Below, piece by piece: positions 57,781 to 64,000 of a stretch of 64,000 nt of DNA (the first letter of the stretch is position 1; each line of letters opens with the position of its first letter). Both the position numbers and the translations under genes were made by a program. The notes under the pieces are model-generated. The model searched no databases and was not told the DNA's origin. It saw only the letters and a list, made by a program, of their open reading frames with translations. Origin of the DNA: Amphiscolops sp. MND2022 (Eukaryota); NCBI GenBank assembly GCA_964187785.1, contig OZ076409.1, forward strand, positions 78,556,001-78,620,000, given 5' to 3'.

Positions 57781-60700
57781 CTAGTATCTGTATTCATCAG
57801 TAAAGTTGGGGGCAGGGTTAGGTCGAAGATTGTATTTCCCTCCTCTAGGGCTCGAATTTTCATTTGAATTTCCATTTTCTGATATTCCGGGCACGGTAAT
57901 ATCTGCGCCTGTGTTTGAAACGTTTGCCGTATCTTTTAAATCATTAGTGACGTCATTTTCATTCTCAGTGCGCTGTGACGTTTGAGTCGGGGGGGGGGGG
58001 GGGCGGTTCGTCACTGCTATTGTTCTCTCTCGGGGATATTTCGTCCTCGGTAACGTCATATTCTGTCGTACGCTCATTGTAACTTTCATTGCTGACGCGT
58101 TCGTTCTCGGTGACGTAATTTCTTGTCGTGCGCTCGCTGCAGCTTTCATTGCTAGCGCTTTCCTCGTCAGTAACGTCATTGTCCGTATTAGTGGACTCGG
58201 CGTCCGTCGGCCGGCGTGTGGCCACATCTGTCCAATTTTCCTTCCTCGGTTCAAATAAGTCGTACTCAAAATCTACTTCCCATGAGATAGTGTACAAATC
58301 GTCTTGCGGGATTACTATCTCATTGTCGGGTTGTAATTTTTCTCCATCGTATTTGTCCTCTAAAGGGGCATTCGGGACGAATTTCTTTAGTCTAATGCGA
58401 TGAAGTATTTGAGTTTTATTTGTATTTAGACGACGGACAATATAATTGTCGTTGGACAGTACTTTCTGAATGACGAATGGTCCAATCCACCTGTATTCCT
58501 TGAATGGAATTTTTGACGCCTGACTGTCCGCTTTAGGCTGTAGAACAAAACAGTAGTCCTTTTCTTTAAGCGGGGCAGCCTTTGCCTTTCGGTCGTAATA
58601 GTCCTTATATTTCAAATAAGACTGCATTATGTTCTTTTTTGTTTGATCTATGAGGATTTGTGTCCTCTGCTGTACTTCCTCCGCAAATTCTGTAGTTGGC
58701 ATAAAATTTTTATTGGGGTTATTTCCCAATTTGTGGTCTAGGACGTTATAGGGAATCCGGCCGTGGAAGACTTTACTCGGTTCACATCCAATGCTAGAGT
58801 GGTATGTAGTATTGTAGTTGAGTACTGCTAATGGTAAATATTTATGCCATTGGCGTCGATATTCCCCTGAGGCCATTTTCAAATTTGTTTTGAGTGAGGC
58901 ATGCGTCCTTTCGAGTTTGCCAATTGTTTGCGGGTGCTTTGTAGTAGCGCATTTGAGTGTTATACCCAAAATTTGAGTTATCTCAGCTATGATGGTCGAT
59001 GTAAATGCGGACCCTTTGTCTGTGATGAGAGTTGTTGGTAAATATGAATGTTTCGTCATGATATCAATTATCACCTTGGCTACATTCGTGGCTGTTGCCT
59101 CAATTAGCGGGTAGGCGAATAAGTACCTTGAGAATACATCTATAGCCGTCATCACCGTCTGGTATCCGCCACTAGTCGGTAAGTTTGGTAATAAGTCTAT
59201 CTGCATGGCATCTTCTGGACCAAGGTCCCATTCGGGCAAGTTCAACAATTCTGGTGTAATTGTATTATTTGGGACTCTTTTGTCTCTGGCGCACGTTTCG
59301 CATCCCTCTACCCATTTTTTAACGTATTTTGCTATGCCAGGGTAGTAATATTTTTGGCGGATCTCTTGCAGCATTTTAGAGATGCCAGGATGTCGATGTG
59401 CCGTGCCATGTATTGCTTGCAGTAGTTCTTTCAACAGGTGCTTTGGCAGTAAGATTTGGTGGTATTTGATTTGTCCCGTTTCGTCGTAATACTGTCGGGT
59501 CACTATTTCGTCCTTGAGGACTATACGGTCTAAATTATTTAAATAATGTTTATACCGAATGTCCTGCTGAAGGATTTCTTCAGAGTATTCTTCATTTTGA
59601 ATTTTTGCTTTTAAATGAAGCAAAGTCGGATCTTTAGATTGTTCTAATAGTATTTGGTTGGTTCTACATAGTTTCTGGGTGAAATTGGTAATTTCATCCA
59701 CTACATTTTCAGATATAGTATCGATTTGGATGACGGTCTCGTCGACCTTGAGTCCTGCTTTTGATTGTCTTTTCCTTTCCCAAATTTGTTCTTCTGTTTC
59801 ATTGTCTTCTTCTGTAAAGAACACTTGTTCTTCTTCAGACACGCCGGCTGATTGGACATTAACTTCAATGGGTTGGGTTTCAACGTCCGCTCGGATTTTT
59901 AGGACTAACTTTTCAGTGGGGTCCATTTCCATGCGGGACAGGTAGTCCGCCGCTGTGTTGTTTTTGCCTGGAATGTGCGCTATAGTGAAATTGAACTGAA
60001 TGACAAAGTCACACGCGTTCCATAATGGCGGCGGTATTATTTTAGTCTGGAAGAACCTTGTGACCGATTTGTTGTCTGTGAGGATAATCACCGGCTTAGG
60101 TGTGCCCCAGAATATATGTCCAAATTCTTTGAAGGCGTAATAGATGGCTAAAAATTCCTTCGCATAAATTGACATTTTAAGTTGTGAAGGAGTAAAAGTT
60201 TTTGAACCATATGCAATAGGCGCATAGGATTTCTTGGTTGAGGTAAATTTCTGATTTGGATCATCTTCAGTAAGTATAGCATATCCGGCTGCTGTAAAGC
60301 TAGCATCTGTCATCAGGACTAGCTGTCGATTTGGCAAGGGCTGCCTAAGGGCTAGCTGGGTGCATCTGTCCAAATCTCTATTGATCTCGTTGAATTGTTC
60401 AATCAGTTCCGTTGTGACTAAGACCTTTTCGTCCTTCTTTAATAGTTGAAAGAAAGGGACTAATTTTTCTGATAACCTCGGTATGTAGTTTCTATAATAA
60501 TTAAGGAATCCGAGGTAACGTTGTAAGGCTTTTTTGGATTTTGGGAATTTCGTTTTTTCTAGGAATTGTGTGACTCGTTCCTTCTGGGGCTTGACACCCT
60601 CAGGGGTGATTGTCCTTCCTAAGAAATCAATCTCAGTTGCTCCGAAGTGGCATTTATGCATCGTTAATTTCAATCCAGCCTCTCGGATGCATTCGAATGT

Positions 60701-62935
60701 TGCTCTGAGATTTTTAATGAGATGCTCCGCGTCGTTGGCCGCGATGCCAATATCATCCACGTATTGGGCACATTGATCGGCTTTGATGACACGGTCCAAA
60801 TATTCTCTCATAAAACTGGAGAATGCCGATAAGGCTCTGCTGAGACCTTGGGCCAATCTTCGATATGCGAACGTTCGGCTGGCAAAGTTGAAGGCCAACA
60901 TCTCTATAGACCGTTGGTCCGCCATTTGAAGGCAGTGGTACGCTTGCGAACAGTCAAGCTTACAGAAAAGTTTCTTTCCGGCCATATGTTGTGCAGCGTC
61001 CGTTAAGGTGCTGACTGGATGGTTGTTGTTGATATAATCATCAGAAATGAGATTGTTGATCTTCCTGAGATCTACCAGTAGTCGTAGTTTCCCATTAGGC
61101 TTCTTTTGTGCAAAGATAGGGCTAGCGTACTTTGAGAATGGTAATGTTGTTATAATACCATATTTGTGTAGTGACGCTAATTCGACCAATATGTCCTCTT
61201 TTAAATTGACCGGAGTTGGTAAGCTCTGGCTGTAGGCAGGAGAGTCGTCCTTCGGGGTCAATTTGACCGTGAATTCCTCATTCATACCGATGTCAAACCT
61301 ATGACGGGCAAATATGTCGTGAAATTCGACTAATAGTGCTTCTATCTGTTTGATTTCATGCTGTTGTAGCATTGAGTCCTTCCAGTCAAAGTTACTGAGG
61401 AATTTTTGTCGAGATTCTTCATTGTCTTGTGGATTTAGTTTTTCTGCTTCTTGCAGGTTTCGTAATTCTCTAAGAATTCTCTTTTGTATTGGAGTATGGG
61501 ACTTTTCGTCCCCTGGCTTTTCGGGTGTTGGAAACCAGTATTGTTCGTATTGGTCATTGTTCCTGTTGGCTTTGAGAAGACTGCTGATATAATAAATAGC
61601 ATCTTCTTCATTTTCATTGAGTAGGTGCCAAGTGGACACTGGGTCTATTGGCCTAACATGTTTCATTTGCTCTGGAGTCATCACAGAGAAATTCGCTATG
61701 TGCATCCCTTTTTTGAGTTTAAAGGGCTGATCTGTGAAGTTGTTGACATGGATCCTCGTAGTCCCTTCGTCCAATGTGACTATGGCGGCACAAAATGTTA
61801 TATCATTTTCTTCATTTAGAAGGTCACTGGGTTGTAAGATTCCAGTGACAGCGTTTTCTGCATAAATTTGAGATTGGATAGGGATGATTGTACGTCCATT
61901 TGGGGGAATCGTTATATCCTCGGGGTTGAGGATAGGTTCCATCACATTGGAGTACTTATGGTCAGCTGTTTTCAATTGCATCGAGAAGAAGGGAAAGTTA
62001 AGTATGCCTTGGCGCATATCTAGGACTGTGTGGTTTCTTTGTAAGAACATAAGTCCAATTATGGGGCTGGATAATTTTTCCATCACTATGAAGATTTCGT
62101 GGAACTCTATGTCCCCTACTTCGAACTTCAGTTCTACTGTACTCTTCGGAGTTTCCAGGTCTCCATTTGCGACCATAATTTGGAATGACGGGGCAGGACC
62201 CTCTTTCACTATTGATTGGGGTGCAAGTAGCCGTATTTTCCTAAGGTCAGCTTCTGGTATCGCACTGGAGTGGGCCCCAGTGTCTATGAGACCATCTAAT
62301 GTTAGTTCTCCAAAGTCCATTGGGAAATATAGCATCCGCCTTTTGATTTTGAGGCCAAGGTTGGTGGAGAGGGGAACGTATGACGGTTCTCCTTGTTTTT
62401 CCACTAAAATGTGCAAGAAGGCTGTTTCGTCTAAAAGGCTGTTGGGGCCTTGAAAGTTTTCTTGCTCTTGAGTTTCCTCTAGTTCTTCTATCAGTGCTTC
62501 GGAATTTGGCTGCCAAAGTTCAATGAGGGCTCTGGATAGTTTGTTGTCCACTATCGGGGGATCATCCTCGTCGTCCGTTGGTGGATATTCGTCTTGTCTA
62601 AACTGGAGTTTTTGTCTGTCGTAGAGTTCGTCGTCCCAATACGGGTCTTTGCCGTAATCAGGATCGGCGTATTGAGGGTGATAATCTTCGATCAATGGTA
62701 AGGGACGGAATTGAGTCTCGAAGTCTTTAGTATAGTCAATTTCGTAAAATCGGTCTGGGCGATCATTATGTACTATTTTATAAGTTCGAATACAGGCTTT
62801 TTCCATTTGTTGCTGCCAGACAACAGTGGGAATTCCTTTTGTATCCTTGATTGTTTGGCTGTATTTGATTATTGGAGGATCTGAAATGACATATTGTCGA
62901 ACCGACATATAGTCATGTATTTGGAGTCGTGGCAA
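57781..62935 (-). CDS. pol: Pol polyprotein PR-RT-RNase H-IN, with an apparent indel in the G15 run (57989-58003) near the C-terminus
   Basis: LIDTGA; LDCSQAYH and YVDD; TDAS/AKEF/TDNK/ADYLSR; HHCC; QID/TDKG/GKLE DDE; GPF; the other frame ends GKYNLRPNP...Y stop at 57781. Confidence 0.95.
58030..58180. repeat. 60-bp (20-aa) tandem repeat in the pol tail, about 2.4 copies
   Basis: DVTDEESASNESCSERTTRN / YVTENERVSNESYNERTTEY / DVTEDE. Confidence 0.8.
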
Positions 62936-62937
62936 AA

Positions 62938-64000
62938 TTAGTTTTTTGAATCAGATTTTTTAGTATTGGATTGGCTTGAAGTAGCCGTTTCTGGGTCATT
63001 TGCTTTTTTAGGCTTTCCTTCGGAGTCTATAGCATTTCGGTCATTTTGTTCTGTCTGCATCCTTTTGGGTCGCAGGTGGGCGCCAGCGCCTTGCCAGCAT
63101 CTTTCGGTTGGGTGGTTCTTTTTGCCACATGTGTCACACGGTGGGTAAGTTGGACGCTGAGGTTTTTTACCGTCTTTGTCCTCCATTTCCTTTTTCTTCT
63201 TGAGTTTCGGGCAGTTTTTGTAATAGTGACCCGTCGCTTTGCAGTATGAGCATTGGGCGTCTTTATTTGTGTTGATATCATTGGACAGTAAGTTGTTATG
63301 GCTCGTGGACGCCGAGGCCATAGTGGCCATTGGCAGATCATCTGACTCTTCTAATGCATTGAGTTCCAGTTCTCTTTCAAGATGAGCTACTATTTCTTCA
63401 TACGTGCCGTTCTCCAGACGGGCCATGTTGACAGATCGTTTCAGTTTTGGGGGTAATTTCGCGTATAACAAGCTGTCAATCATGCTTTTAGCGTTTTCCC
63501 CAAATGCTTTTTCTGCACCTTGGTTCAGTTCTTCCAAGAAGTCTGGTAGTTTCATTGTACTTGGATCGAAGGTCAATCGGTGCCATTTATGCTTTGCTGT
63601 TGCTTGTGATTCCGGTTTGACATATTTCCTCCGGAATATGACCAGTACGTCCTCGAGAGTTTGACGGTTGATTGAGTTTATGTTCCTGAATGTCTGTAAT
63701 GCTCCCTTTCGTAGCAAAGAATGAAAGTGATTAATTTTCATTTGTTCTGTCATTGTGGGCTGCATTTTGATCATCGTATGGAACAAGTCCTCAAAGAGCT
63801 CAAATTTTTCACTTTTCCCATCAAATGTCATCGGGGTTGTTTGTACGGGTCTGATGGTCATAGATTGCGGTTTGTTTTGCAAATTGACCAATACGTCGGC
63901 TAGTCTATTAAACGGGTCCTGAGGAGGTTCAGGAGCCTCTGGGGCCGGGGCTGGCAGAGTCGTGTCCAGAGAGATATTGTGTGTAGATTGTTGTCTCTCT
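62938..64000 (-). CDS. gag: Gag (partial; frame open to the window end) with two CCHC knuckles
   Basis: CSYCKATGHYYKNC and CDTCGKKNHPTERC; no stop between 63999 and 62941. Confidence 0.93.
   Translation of the reverse strand, partial: ERQQSTHNISLDTTLPAPAPEAPEPPQDPFNRLADVLVNLQNKPQSMTIRPVQTTPMTFDGKSEKFELFEDLFHTMIKMQPTMTEQMKINHFHSLLRKGALQTFRNINSINRQTLEDVLVIFRRKYVKPESQATAKHKWHRLTFDPSTMKLPDFLEELNQGAEKAFGENAKSMIDSLLYAKLPPKLKRSVNMARLENGTYEEIVAHLERELELNALEESDDLPMATMASASTSHNNLLSNDINTNKDAQCSYCKATGHYYKNCPKLKKKKEMEDKDGKKPQRPTYPPCDTCGKKNHPTERCWQGAGAHLRPKRMQTEQNDRNAIDSEGKPKKANDPETATSSQSNTKKSDSKN
62941..62947 (-). promoter_or_regulatory. -1 frameshift slippery site A AAA AAC
   Basis: In gag phase directly before TAA; pol lies in the -1 frame. 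Confidence 0.85.

Larger units (their letters stand above)
50021..64000 (-). mobile_element. Second Ty3/Gypsy LTR retroelement with extra genes; its 5' part lies beyond the window
   Basis: Minus-strand gag and pol; minus-strand terminus ...CTTACA at 50021, where an ORF is cut off; left boundary inferred without the partner LTR. Confidence 0.78.

Noticed and set aside
36212..63903. Numerous short antisense or overlapping ORFs within gag, pol, env and ORF4
   Set aside because: Shadow frames of real coding sequence with no independent signals.

Overview
AT-rich, repeat-dense animal (invertebrate-like) genomic DNA; it is not prokaryotic. The first 35 kb is mostly non-autonomous Helentron/DINE-like elements with internal ~185-bp repeats amplified into 2271-, ~2011- and ~1485-bp tandem arrays, plus MITEs, long palindromes and two exons of a host Cys-loop (nAChR-like) channel gene on the minus strand. 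Positions 35137-47318 hold a young, complete 12.2-kb Ty3/Gypsy LTR element: gag, -1 frameshifted pol, a chuvirus/gB-like class III envelope gene and a fourth coiled-coil ORF, with covarying RNA hairpins in its leader. Positions 50021 to beyond 64000 hold a second Gypsy element on the minus strand. It carries an intact antisense gene of four coding exons (~1209 aa, zinc finger, apparently hAT-transposase-derived) and a probable ~3-kb 3' LTR that itself encodes ORFs. This second element is the strongest candidate for an undescribed system. All family assignments come from motif recognition by eye; no searches were run.
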